Source of the DNA: the human T2T-CHM13v2.0 reference genome, Homo sapiens
NCBI RefSeq assembly: GCF_009914755.1
Contig: NC_060925.1
Strand: one strand, 5' to 3'
Length of the DNA stretch: 64,000 bases
Below the pieces are notes generated by a model that saw nothing but the letters and a program-made list of their open reading frames with translations, was not told where the DNA came from and did not search any database. The position numbers were made by a program, and so were the translations under genes. This document shows positions 26,229-40,244 of the stretch, piece by piece. Each line of letters starts with the position of its first letter. Position 1 is the first letter of the stretch.

Positions 26229-28643
26229 CTGCAAGGTAAAATATACTTCACTTCACATGCTCTTTTTGTATTACAGAGCAATCTAAAATCCATTGTTTCA
26301 TTTAAAAAGCAGCCATATGCACTGGTAAATATTTATAACTGCTCCATTATAATAGGTGAGGAAACAGAGGTTCAGTGAATTGATCCAGGTGACTAGTGTG
26401 TGGTGGGACAAAACCCAGAACAGGAGTTTTGTACACTGATCCCATTCTTGTGTCTGCGACAGCTGGTGCCCCTTGGTTCCACTGCGTCCCTCTCTTTTCC
26501 TCATCCTTCTCTTCCTTGTCCCCCTGGAGCCTTGTGTTCCTCCTTGCATATTGCAAAAGCTCTTCAGAATAAGCTGCTCCCTCCATGACAGACTTCCTGA
26601 AGGCATGATAGGCATCATCCCCATGATTGGAGACTTAGGTTCTGGGGATAAGCCAAGAGGGCTCTGGAAAGCCCAGGTTGAGGTGTGTGTGGCCACACAT
26701 CTCAGAAGTTATCTGCCTGTTCACACACAGGACCACTCGTCACCCAGACCCTCAGAAAGGGCTTATATATTCGCTTGGTAACAGGTATTGAACTCAGTGC
26801 TGGGTGTGGGGAACACCAACATGAAGAAGGCATGGTCTCTGCCTTTGAGGAGCTCACAGTCTCCTGGCTGAACCAGCATGTCAGGTAATGAAAACAGACA
26901 TTATCGAAAGAGAGGAAAGATGTTCAACATCTGCGGGAGTTCAGGACAACCTATGACAAGTCTATTAGGACATTTAAGAGATTAGAAGCTCCTCAGCCAA
27001 AGAGAGGACAGTGAGGGGTCACTGACCTGAAAATGTGCTTGTGGAAACAACTTGCCTAGGACACAAGTACCTCCCACCAGGTATGATTTGCTTTTGCTTT
27101 TGCCAGAGGCCAGAGGGTCTCCTCTTCTAGGACCACCTGTGCCAAATCCACAGCTGGGGGTGTCTGGAGCACGGCAGCAAGCCTTTGCAGTTGGTTTCTC
27201 CAGGATCAGCCTCCCCTGAGAGTGAGTCCAGCTGACTCCAGGGTGGTCTACTATTCAATTTTACACACCGTCAGGGGACTGGGCTCTGACTTCTGTCCTC
27301 ATCAAGTGAGATGACCAAAAGGAAAGGCTGATTATGTTGATTTTATCTTTAGAGCAAAAGCAAATTACTCTTCCATAGTTCCTATTTTCTCTTTAGTTTT
27401 TCCCTGGTAATTCCTATTCCTAACTAGTGTGAGTGTGTGTAAATGCACACACACATGCATATAGACAGTTGCACACACACAAAAGAGCTGGTTTTACAGA
27501 AATGCTACATTAAATATATACACCAACTATGGAGTATATTTTTTAAAAAGAACATTTCCATTTCCAGCAGTTTCATCTTTCATATCATTAAGAAAGTAGG
27601 TATCAGGAAGTACTGTATCTTTAAAGATCTGAGCTACTTTCTCATGGAGATAAGAAAAAGAATCTACATATTTCCAGTGTCTATGCCCTTCTAATTATTA
27701 TGCAGTTCCACATTCCTGGGCTAGTTCTGGGTCATTGGGTGTTTGATGGAGCCATCTCATGACACACCTATGAGAATATTTATTGATGTTTATCATAGAT
27801 GCCCGTAAAAACCATTGAAGATTTAATATGTGTTGGACATTGGCTACATGCTTTCCCACCTTTTAACTCAATTATAATCAACATCTCCACAAAAGGCAAC
27901 TGACAGGTATCTTTCCAATGCCAGCAATCCTAATGCCAATCCCTTTGTAGTATAAGATACATTGTATAAAGTTTACCCTTCTAAATTCTCAGTGTGACAG
28001 AGTGAAAAGAGCACAAGCTTTGGAGTCAAATGCCTCTAAATTATAACTTTACTTCTACCACCTACTTGTTCACTGCACTGAGACAAGATATTTTAACTTC
28101 TTTGAGTTTCAATTTCTTCACTTGTGAAAGACAAATATTGTTATCAGCCTTGTAGTGTTATTTTAAGGACTGAATGACATTAATATTTGTAGATTATCTG
28201 AGCTATTGTGGACATTATTTCAAATAATGTTTTCTTGAAAAAGTTTCAAAAATGTAGTAAATGTCACAATGTGTCTAACTTGTGCATCATTATCGTTAGC
28301 CTCTGAGTATTGTTGGAGAGTGCCATACATTAAATTCACTACAAAAATGAAAGTGAGTCAGCAGTCAGAAAAGAAGCACAGAATTCTAAGACTCAAACTA
28401 TGCAGACCTATCAAGGTTCTCATTGTTACCCCAGGTCCCTAGGGTCCCAGGCTCACTAGAGAGGAGTACCCTAGAAGTGGGCACCGGCTGGGGTGGCCCT
28501 GCTGCTCTGCAGGGTGGGGGTGATGCTCTCTGTTCTCATACCCATGCTTTTCCTGCCATACCCTGGCCATTCCTTGGCCATCACCAGTCAGGACATCTGC
28601 TCTGCAGGTGCGGGCCCCGGGGTGGTGCTTCTCCTGGAGTGTA

Positions 28644-28647
<4 letters not shown>

Positions 28648-28732
<85 letters not shown>
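28648..28732. repeat. (TG)21(TA)21 compound microsatellite
   Basis: TG at 28648-28689 and TA at 28690-28731, both uninterrupted. Confidence 0.97.
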
Positions 28733-28735
<3 letters not shown>

Positions 28736-29079
28736 TATATGCTTTATGGGTGAGGTGAGCTTCACTCCACAACTTGAAGATTAAAATAGAGGCTGTGTGA
28801 CAGGGGAGGGGAGAGTTGGGGGAGAGGAGCTTACTAAGGTATCTCAGACTGGGAGTTGGAGGAAGAAAGATAGAAATTAATTTACATTTCATGAAGCACA
28901 GGAACTCTTCTCATGGGAATTTCTTGGGTTTTTGTGCCTTGTATATTGTGTGTGATTTCTACAGCACTCTGATGGCTGCACATTCCTTCAGAATACAAAG
29001 GGCCAATGTACTTGATTATGAAAAATAGTTGTCTTTAGTGAATCAGCCTTCTTTCCTAAAGCCAAATTTTGAAGAAAGG

Positions 29080-29766
29080 CCCTATGATTTCAATGTGTTC
29101 CCAAAAAGTTTGTGTATTGGAAACTTAATCCCTAATGCAACAGTGTTGAGTGGTAGGGCCTAATAAGAGGAACTTGGGTCATGAGGGCTTATGAATGGCA
29201 GAGCCCTCATGAATGGATTATGTTGTTATCATGGGAGTGGGTTGATTATCTCGAGAGTGGGTTGTTATAAAGTGAATCTCGACCAGGCGTGGTGGCTCAC
29301 ACCTGTAATTCCAGCACATTGAAAGGCTGATGTGGGAGGATTGTTTGAGACCTGTCCGGGCAACATAGTGAAACCTCTTCTGTACAAAACATTTAAAAAT
29401 ATTAGCCAGGTGTGGTGATGCACACCTGTGGTCCTAGCTACTTGGGAGATTGAGGCAGGAGGATCACTTGAGTCCAGCGTATTAGGGCTGCAGTGAGCTG
29501 TGATTATGCCACTGCACTCCAGCCTGGGTGACAGAGCAAGACCCTGTCTCAAAATGAAAATCAAGCTGGTCCAGCCCCTAGTGACTCTGTCTCATGTGCA
29601 CTCTTCTGCCTTCCATCTTCCACCATGGGATGACCCTTGTCAGATGCTGATGTTGTGCTCTTGGACTTCCCAGCCTCTAAAAATAAGAGCCAAAGAAACT
29701 TCTGTTCTTTATAAATCACAAAGTCTAAGATATTCAGTTATAGTAGCAGAAAATGAACTAATAAGA
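29080..29766 (+). mobile_element. MaLR LTR (MSTD-like) interrupted by an AluJ-like element (~29281-29558)
   Basis: LTR start 'ctatgatttcaatgtgttcc...ggaaacttaatccctaatgcaacagtgttgag', end 'ttcagttatagtagcagaaaatgaactaa'. Alu in between. Confidence 0.85.
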
Positions 29767-29927
29767 AAAACTTCAGGAAAAGAGTCAGGGTGGTAATGTT
29801 GTTTTACGGTTTTGGAGTTAGAATGTCTGGGTTTAAGTCACTAGTCCACTAATAACTCTCAAACTTTGGGCAAGTTATTTAACTTCTTTTTGCCTCAGTC
29901 TTCACATGTCCCCAGTCTGAATAATAG

Positions 29928-30243
<316 letters not shown>

Positions 30244-30875
30244 AGCTGATGATAATAATTATTATCACTATTTAGTATATAGGTTTCTGTAGAGACTAGA
30301 TGAGATGTGGTACATAAAATCATTATAGAGGCTCTAGTGCACAGTAGATATTCCATAGATATTATCTTTAATTATTACTGACAAAACTGAGGAAAAGAAT
30401 GATCAGGCCTTTGGAACAAAATGCTAAGAGTCCCTTCAATCCAGTCGTCCAATGTGGATAAAGAATTGGAGAAGAGCTCAGAAGTAACTGAGTACCTACC
30501 TTTGCCCTCAACCTATTTATCTCTCTATTCACCTCTCTCTCAGACCCAGCTTCTCTGCAAAGCAGGTATGAATAGAGCTGTGTTCTTTCCTATTATAAGT
30601 CAATTCTTAGACTTGCTGCCTACCCTAACAGGTCAGAAAGTGTTGCATATTTCCTGGAAAGTGTGTGGCCATGAATGAAGAGATCTATGGAAAAGGACTC
30701 TGTATTCTTTATTTCTAGGTGGAAATATCTGACCATATCTCCTCAGTAAGGACAAACCTCTATCTTCCTCTGGAACAAGGACAAAGTAAAAATGTTGCCC
30801 TGTGCCCTTCCCTAATTCCCCTGAGTCCTTATGTCCATGCCCTAATACAAATCTGTATGCCTGCAGGTATCTTGA

Positions 30876-31524
<649 letters not shown>

Positions 31525-32743
31525 CTCAAAATCTTAAGAGTAAGTTGGGCTTCACTATGTAAAAGAAAACCAAATTCATTTATTATAACTAGAAGATTTT
31601 TATCATAGTTAACTTTTAAAATCACTCTTTTAGATAAACTATTCTACTTTTAACTGTGAGGTTGGCAAATACATAGTTTAGGAAGAAGGTAGTTCTTAGT
31701 ATTATAAGAAATAATGGGGAATACTCAGGTGAAAATAGATTTATTTGACTCAGTCATTGTCAATGGTTGTGTCCACTGAATTAAGATCATGCAACCACCA
31801 CTGGTATCAATCTTATTGTAATATTCAGTAGTTATAATTCTGCTAAAAACAACTTTTAATTTTTTCAGCCCATAAGAAAAACTTTATTTTCTGAAATTCT
31901 GCAACATTTAGAATCATTGATTCAATTACAGAGTAATATGTGGTCCTTTAGTTCTATGTTAAGTGCAAGGAGATGTATATCTCTTTCTGAATTACCTTAA
32001 ACAACCATCTCTTCTTCATTGTTCTTAAATTATTATTTCTCCAGTTATGGAGAAGTTTTTCCTGCCAGAATCCTCTTATTTTGCACCTCTCTGTGTCTCA
32101 TTCTTGCACACTGCAGCTATCAGTGTAGAGCTCTACATCTCTACATTCACTTGTTTATTTTCATTGCTAAGATTCTATCTCGAGTCACACCTTAATTTTG
32201 TAGAGAATAGTGGAGTACTTGTCTGTTTGGTCTTCTAGATGGTAAACTTTGTAAGTACATCTTTGAAGATAAATAAGTGTGGTTTCCAAGTCTCTCTGAA
32301 TCTTCCATATTACCTGCTGCAATACTTTGCACATTAAATATGTTTAATAAGTGACATAGAATGAGACACACCTAACCCTCATTTTTTTTTCCATATGTAC
32401 CTTCATAAATATTCACATATGGCCTTTGTTGAGTTCAATAAGAAAAACAGAACAAAATCAACAGTTCTAATTGTATCAGGTAATATCATTTCTTTGTGAC
32501 AAAGGAGCCTTACTAGGCACAATAATGCCTATTAAAATACCAAAGCAGGTGAAAGAATAATAATCAGTAGAGTAGTAAGAATAGTAGCCATAGAAGTTGG
32601 TACCACCTTTTGAGTTCTAGCTACCTGCATGGTCCTGTACTCGTGCTTTATAGGTAATATTTCACTTCATGCTTACAAATGAGCAGAACTATGATCACTA
32701 TTTTGAAGACAATGAAACTGTACCCTAACCGTAACTTGCTTAA

Positions 32744-33188
<445 letters not shown>

Positions 33189-35205
33189 GTTCCCTCTTTT
33201 CTTTCAACCTTCTGTGTCTCTAATGTCAGCTCAAGCTTCTCTTGACCAGAGGTATAATTAGGGTCAGTATCATCATCACTTTTCATCAATTGTCATTGGC
33301 TTTTAAGTAGCTCTTTCTTTAAAACCCCCTGCCCTTAAAATTAGAGCTTTTTATTTAAAAATTCAATAATTTTTCTTAAAAACCAATCTCTCTGAACTGC
33401 TGTAGTTCTTTAAGTCAACATCACACATCATATGGACAATTTGCCATTGTGACCTTACTTCTACATATAGAAATTGTGATTTCTCCATCTTTAAAAAATT
33501 CATTGTTTATCTATCTCTTAAACTCTTTGAAATAGTGATCTCTGCTTATCTCTCCTGTTTCTTTCCAAAATTATTATAAGGCAGTTTTAGCCCTCACTAT
33601 GAAACTACTGTTTCCAATGTCGCTGTGGATTCTGTCTCCCTAGCATTTGATAATATAAGATAATGTCCTTTATTGAAATTTCTTTTCCCTTTTTTTTTCA
33701 AAATACCATGATTTTCTCTTTATTTTTCCAGCTATGTGCCTCAACTTTCTTTCTTAGACTCCTTAATTTTTACATCTCCTTTGCCTACCCACTAAAAGTT
33801 GGAATACCCCTAAGGTTCTGTGCCTGGTTCTATCTCTTTTTTGTCTTTTTTTTTTCTCTCAGCATGCATACTCTTTTTTAGTAACCTTCTCCACTTGTGT
33901 GTCTTTAGTGGTTACTTAATTACCAAGGAGGCAATCCAGTTTGTGTTAGGTGACACTCTCCTCTATCTGCCTATTATATTGAGCCCTGGCAAAAACCTAT
34001 TACAGGATCGCTTTGTTCTATTAAAAAAAAAAAAAGTTAAGGAGCTCCTTAACTACAATAGGAGCTCCTTAAGTTAGTGCTAACTCCTTATTCACAGTAA
34101 TTTAACCCTGTGTTTACTAACTAGTAGGTGCAATCAATGTCAACTTAAATCCACTTATGTCTTATTTTATTTCCCTTCTCTGTAAGGTATCTACCTATAG
34201 ACATGCTCAATAATGCAATTATTCTAATTCTCAAGCACTTTCAGCCTTTACCTTCAACCCCCAATAAAAAGTCTGTTAGAACTTCCAAGTTCAACATAAT
34301 ATCTGTCTGTATTCTAACTTATTCACATTTCAAACCCCCTCCCTCCTCTGATGGCAACACCAGCCCTGCATGTGCCCACTGCCCTCTAGGGGCCATTAGG
34401 CTCCCCAAAGCCTTTACTTCCATGCTCACGTGGATTCTTCTAGGTCCACCTTCTGCCAACCTGGTCTCATTTCCACAGAGCTATGCTCTGAAATAACTTA
34501 TTTCTCAGGAATTAGTATTCTGTATTAGTGAAATAACACTATACCTTCCTGGGAATCTATCTTCATACAAGAGATTCTAAGAGCCAAGAGGCTGCACCAT
34601 TATGGCCTGAGTATATGCCTCAGTGCTTTCTAAACATCTGCCTTCCTCTTTCCTGCTGTTTAATCTTTTTCCTATGTTTATTGTTCCAGATACTGTACAA
34701 AGCACATGGGATATGGAGGCTAACAAAACATGCCGTACTTTCATACTGTTCATAGATTAGACAGACATGTACAAAGACTGTAAAACCACCTTGGGGAAAT
34801 GCTGTATGAAACCTGAACAAGAGTTCAAGATCACATGGTACAAAAACTTACAAATCATTGTTTACACATTTGTACTGTGGGACCATAACATCCTCAGAGC
34901 AATCTACATCATCTGTGTCATTGATATCTGGCAAAATTATGGGCCCAAGATAGATTATATATATTTATTGGAATAATGAATGAGTGACTGTATGAAGGTG
35001 GAACGGCTGGCTTGCAGCAGATCTATGGAGCGTGTATGGAGTAGTCTCTAGCCTGTGGGATTCCTCTTGGCTCCTGTCCAGGGAAATCCTGGAGCCCTGG
35101 GGCTGGAAGTGTGTGTGAGAAGAGTTCAACCTCCTCTAAGGCAATGAAAGTGATTGTTCTGCATACACAGGATGTGCCTCACTCCCAGGGAGACACCAAT
35201 CCCAG

Positions 35206-35280
35206 GATAAAAGGCCTCCAGTGCCAGGGTCCTCAGTCCTTAGCCTTGTTAGTGACAGCCCTTGCTCCTCCACTAACCAG
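35206..35280 (+). promoter_or_regulatory. TATA-like GATAAAAG and putative exon 1 of the 36-kb LCE pseudogene; intron 35281-36038
   Basis: GATAAAAGG at 35206, donor CAG|GTCAGT at 35281 (75 nt later), and acceptor 'tttctccttag|' ending 36038, 21 nt before the ATG. Confidence 0.7.
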
Positions 35281-36059
35281 GTCAGTGCTTTGCAAAGAAG
35301 GCTCTGGATGGTGATTCATGGGTGCCAGACAGAACTGCATGGAGAGAGGGCAGAAAAAGGCAGGCAGAGAAGAAGAAGTCACTTGGGTTTGGAGGGACAA
35401 GTGTGAGAATTCTTCAACCTGCAGTTGACCTAGGTCTGGGCTTGTTTTTATGTATCCTTGTTAGTGACAACCTCCCTCCACTTCTCTTGGTTTGCTAAAT
35501 ATATGCCAGAAGCAGACCATGGGGCTGTGAATGTCTAACTTAGGGAAGGAGAGTAACAAGAAGAAATGCCTCATGAGCAGTGGGGTAGAGGAAGAGGAGA
35601 AGGAACAAAGCAAGAGTAGTCACAGGAATTGAGGGGCTCAGGTTTACGCCTCTGATCTCTTTCCTTCTACTCCTCTTCCAATAAATGTTCTCAGAGACAC
35701 CCATCTGACCTGCAGAAGAATGACTGATCCATTAAAGGATTGTTTCTAAACATATGGCCAGCTGTGTTTCCAAATTAGGAAGCCTTCTATGGGGTTGATT
35801 TTGGAGCTCATGTAGAAAGATGGTCAGCATTTTTCACTGGGGGAAAAAAAAAGAAAGAAACACAAGGTGGAAAGCTTTTCTTGCACTCAAGTTCATTTCA
35901 TATCAGTTTCCAAATTCAATTTATGGATCATCTTCACAAAATATCTTGTTTGGGAGTGAGGATTCAATGAAATTCATTGTCTACAACATACATATCTGCC
36001 TGACATTTGTGCTAATGGCTTATGAAATTTCTCCTTAGGTTTCCTGACTTCCTCTCTAA

Positions 36060-36434
36060 ATGTCCTGCCAGCAGAGCCAACAGCAGTGCCAGCCTCCTCC
36101 CAAGTGTATCCCCAAATGCCCTCCCAAGTGTACTCCTAAGTTTCCTCCCAAGTGTCCCCCAAAATGTCCCCCTAAGTGCCCAGCCCCATGCCCACCTCCA
36201 GTCCGTTCCTGCTGCAGTGTTAGCTCCAGGGGCTGCTGTGTTTCAAGCTCTGGGGGCTGTTGCAGCTCTGTGGGTGGTGGCTGCTGCTTGAGCCACCACA
36301 AGCCCCACTGGCCCCTTTGACTCTGACCTCAGAGCTCTAACTGCTGTGGCAGTGGCAGCGGCCAGCTGTCTGGGGGCTCTGGCTGCTGCCACAGCTCTGG
36401 GGGCTCCTGCTGCTGCTCTGTGGGCTGCTGCTGA
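36060..36434 (+). pseudogene. LCEP2: LCE pseudogene (probably LCEP2): 124-codon frame with two in-frame TGA codons; open for the first 86 codons
   Basis: [16 protein letters not shown]...[47 protein letters not shown]. Stops at 36318-20 and 36324-26, ancestral stop at 36432-34, no frameshift. The symbol rests on recalled gene order and is less certain than the feature. Confidence 0.88.
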
Positions 36435-36620
36435 CCTGGGCCATGAAGACCTCATACAAGCAGTACTGGAGGAAATAAGATGTGGAAGACCTACCCAGCC
36501 CTGCTGCTGCTCTTCCCTCCTTTTCTTGTCTTCCTTGTCCTGGACTCTGAGATGCTGAAATCTTCACGAGGAAGGTTCTAAATATTACTCCAGATGGGCA
36601 GGCTCACTCTTCTTCAACAT

Positions 36621-36626
36621 AATAAA
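36621..36626 (+). terminator. Intact AATAAA downstream of the 36-kb LCE pseudogene
   Basis: AATAAA 187 nt after the ancestral stop. Confidence 0.7.
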
Positions 36627-37819
36627 TTCTTCCCTACTAAGCCTCACCAGCATCTTGCTGCATCCCCCCATAGGTCAATGTTAGCTATATGGGGCCCAGC
36701 CCTGTCCTGGCTGGGGACAGAAAGCTGGCTCAAGAGTGCGGGTCATGTGGCCAGTCTCCCTTCACAGGGTGTGGTAGAAAACCCTGGGTTGACCTTTCCC
36801 GCATTCAGAGAGATTCAGTTTGGCTTTCTAGTTGCCGGTTGGGGTGACCATCCTCTTCTGGGTGCCTGTGCATTTTCTCTGGTGTTATATCGATTATTCT
36901 GCTATACTTTTCTCATTATAACAACTATGATAATATTTCTAACAGCTGATATGAAGTGAAAAATTTAGAACTGCTAGCACTCCTCAAAATAGTAAAATCT
37001 GGGGACAAGCCAAATGCCTCCTACATGAAAGGTACATGGTTCATTATTAGATATTCACTCAGTGTGCTGAGATTCTAAATTCAAAATGAATGAACTAAAT
37101 CAACACAAAACAATGTATGAGTAAATGAAAAAATAAATTCCAAAAAGATTATCTACAACATAATAGCCTATTCATAAATTTCAAAACAGCAAAGCATATT
37201 CTTTTAGGCTTGGTATATATATGGTTACAAATAAACTGTATGAAAAGAAAAGGTATGGATGAAACCTTGTTTTAGAATCACCCATACTTTGGGTAGAGAG
37301 CAGCAGGAGGTGGGAGGGGGAGCTGGGCCATGTGGTTGGAGGTAGGTTATTGTCAAGATCCTGGCTTTCATTTTGGTGGATTTCTGTTCTTTGTATATTG
37401 TTAAAATTTTCAAATGAATGAGTGAATCCATATATTGGTAGATCAACCAACTTAACAATTAAGGAGATCATGCCTGGAGCAGTGATAACCATGTGTCCTG
37501 GTCCAAATATTTTTATTTCTCCAATACTATACATCTAAGGTCTTATTTTTCTTCAAACAGTGTGTCATATGCATTAACATACAAAGTCTTCTTTGCTAAT
37601 TCTCACCACTCTCTAAAATATATTATTTTGATCCTCTATTGATTTTATAGATTAGGTAACTGAGATTCAGAAGTTAAATAATTTCCCCAAGTTCACACAG
37701 TAAGAGCAAGACTAGGTCCCTGTCAGCGTCTGAGTCTTTCACCACCTGCCCCGTGTCTTCTCTTTTCCCTCTTTCTCCTGGGCAATCTCTTCTACTCCCT
37801 GGCAACAGTTAACATCACC

Positions 37820-38540
37820 ATGATGATGGCCAAGGAGCCCCTTCTCAGAGAGGCCTCAGTGACCATTGAAATTAAAATAGCCCTGTGTCACTCTCAGTCA
37901 CTTCACTCGGCTTTATCACTGACAAACAGTCTTTTATTTATTTACTTTTCCTTTGTTCAGCTCTCTCCACTTTAACATAAACTTCATGAAATGAGGGACC
38001 TTGCTCTCCTCTTGCCAGCTGCTGTTTTTTCCAGTACCTAGAATGGGCTTACTGTGGATTCTCAAGAACTATTTTTTGCCTGAGTGACTTCCAAGTCAAC
38101 GTATGAAGTCCATGTGTGTTTCCTGAGATCCTGATTGATATATTTAGCTGTCTATTAGATTTCATCAAAGATTCCATTCTAATCTCAAATTCAAAGCTCA
38201 CAAAATGAAATTCAACACCCAGCCCCCCATTCAACAAACCTCCTCTCTGTTGATTTCCAACTTAGTAAATAGAGTCATTATCTGCTTGTTTTTGAACTCA
38301 AAAACACCCTAATTTCTTTTAATGTCTTGTAACCCATCCCTAATCTAAACAATCAAACGCCAAATCCTACTGAAGCTATGTCTTACATCCCTCTACTTTT
38401 CTCCATCTTCATTGTTACTATCTGAGTCCAAGTCTTAACTGTCCTAGTCCTGGCCTAGTCCTACATTGTTCCAATCTGCTCTTCACAATGCAACCTTCAT
38501 AAACTTTCCAAAATGCAAGTTTAAACTCGTCAGTCCCAGA
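37820..38540. mobile_element. L2 fragments
   Basis: 'cccttctcagagaggcct', 'gatatatttagctgtctattagatttcatcaaa', 'ttctccatcttcattgttactatc'. Confidence 0.55.
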
Positions 38541-39489
38541 CCTTGCGTCCTCCATTGCTCCAGTGTCAGGATCTCTGGGTGTTCTTTGTGACTCATTGCT
38601 GCTCCCCAGGGAATATTTGGAGTTCAGTACTTTTCCACTTAATCATATTCCTCTCATTAAAAAATCAGAGAAATACTGGGATCCCTAGGGACCACAATGT
38701 GATCAACTCCTGTGCTGTGTTATATGCTCTCGCTTGGAGATTTAGAGGTCCCACTGGACATAACTGAGAATATCTGAAGGGGACAACCACCAGATACACA
38801 GCTTATATGTCAGCTCCTTATGAAGATGTCCCAGGAGGAGAGCCAAGAAGCCCCTGTGGGAGAAACATAGGACAGCAGCCTGCAGTCCTTAACAAACACA
38901 AAGTCTTTGACCCATGGTGATAGAGCTCTTCTCCTTCCTGGGAGCAACGTTGCTTAAGGCTTCCTAATAAACAAATAAATAACCACATGCTTCTCTTCCA
39001 GAAGAAGGAGATTTTATTTGCATTGCAAGGGAGATATAAAGTGATATCAAACAGTAGCCAGTATGGCTGTGATTCTAGCTGTGTCTCCTCACTGCAGGAC
39101 TTCTCAGGCTCTGCCCGTGCTTTGGGCATCCTTCTGTATGGTTAGTTCTGTCTCAGTGGATGTGCTTAGGCTAAGAAGAGGCTGAAATTTCACTAAACCA
39201 AGTGACACTCAGGCCACTGCCTAAGAATATTTTTCTATAAATGAATAATTATTTTTACTTACACAGGTCATTTTAAGTGTTTTATGACATCATTGAGAAT
39301 GATTTTTCATTGGTGATGCAAATGAATTAGAAATCTATATATTATCTCAATAAAATTCTGGTTGTGTGACCTTGAAGTAAGTTATTAACTTCTCTGTGCT
39401 TTAGTATAGACTTTGTAAAAAGAGGATTAAAATAGTTGCCTTAACCATAGGGCTGTTTTGAGGATGAAATGAGTTTAGGATAGCTGGAT

Positions 39490-40244
39490 GGTTTTCTTTC
39501 AACATCAAATGCATGTTTGTTTTCTGCACTAATTCTTCATTCTTCAACACCAACTGAGTGTCCAACAATTCAAATCAATTCTGACACTAACTCCCAGAGC
39601 TAGCACAGACACCCCAGGTTAAGAAGTCAGTCTCACAAGAGTGCCCCCACTTCAGATGCCAGCTGCAGGTGGGGTTTCCAAATGACTACAAACTCAGAGG
39701 TTCCCATGACCCCCTCCTCAGGCTCAATAATTTGCTAGACTGACTCACAGAACTCAGAAAAGTGCTTTATCTATGATTACCGGTTTATTATAAAACAAAT
39801 GAACCTCAGTAGCAGTCAAATGGAAGGGATGTATAAGGCAATGTATGTGTGGATATGAGGCACAGAGCTTCTAAGTCCTCTCTGGTCACACCAGCCTTTC
39901 AGAAAATTAGTATGTTCTAGGTTGGTAGCCAGAAGCTTATGGAACCTATCCTTCAGGGGTGTTCATGGAGGTCCCATATGTAGGCATGATTGAGTAAATC
40001 ACCAGCTATTGGTGAGGCTGAAAGTTCCTACTCTCTAATCATGTGTTTGGCCTTTCTGGTGACCAACCCTCAATCTTGAAGCTATCTAGGGGGTCCATCA
40101 CAAGTCGTCTCATTAGCATAAACTTAGGTGTGGCCTAAAGAGGCTTGTTATGAGAAACAAAAAGGGTTTCACTGCCAAGGGTTTTAGGAGCTGTGCGTCA
40201 GGAACTAGGGACAAAGTCCAAATACATATTTTGTATAATACCAC
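39490..40244 (-). mobile_element. MER21-like LTR, inserted in a MIR
   Basis: 'caccaactgagtgtccaacaattcaaatcaattctgacacta...gcccccacttcagatgccagctgc...aatttgctagactgactcacagaactcag', ending 'ataccaca'. Confidence 0.75.

Noticed and set aside
28423-28892. ORFs with (VC)n, (YI)n and (TH)n runs
   Set aside because: These are translations of the (TG)n(TA)n microsatellite.
36318-36326. Programmed readthrough or selenocysteine recoding of the two TGA codons
   Set aside because: There are two stops in three codons, neither in the UGA-CUAG context. They align to Arg rather than Cys positions and I see no SECIS. CpG decay explains them more simply.
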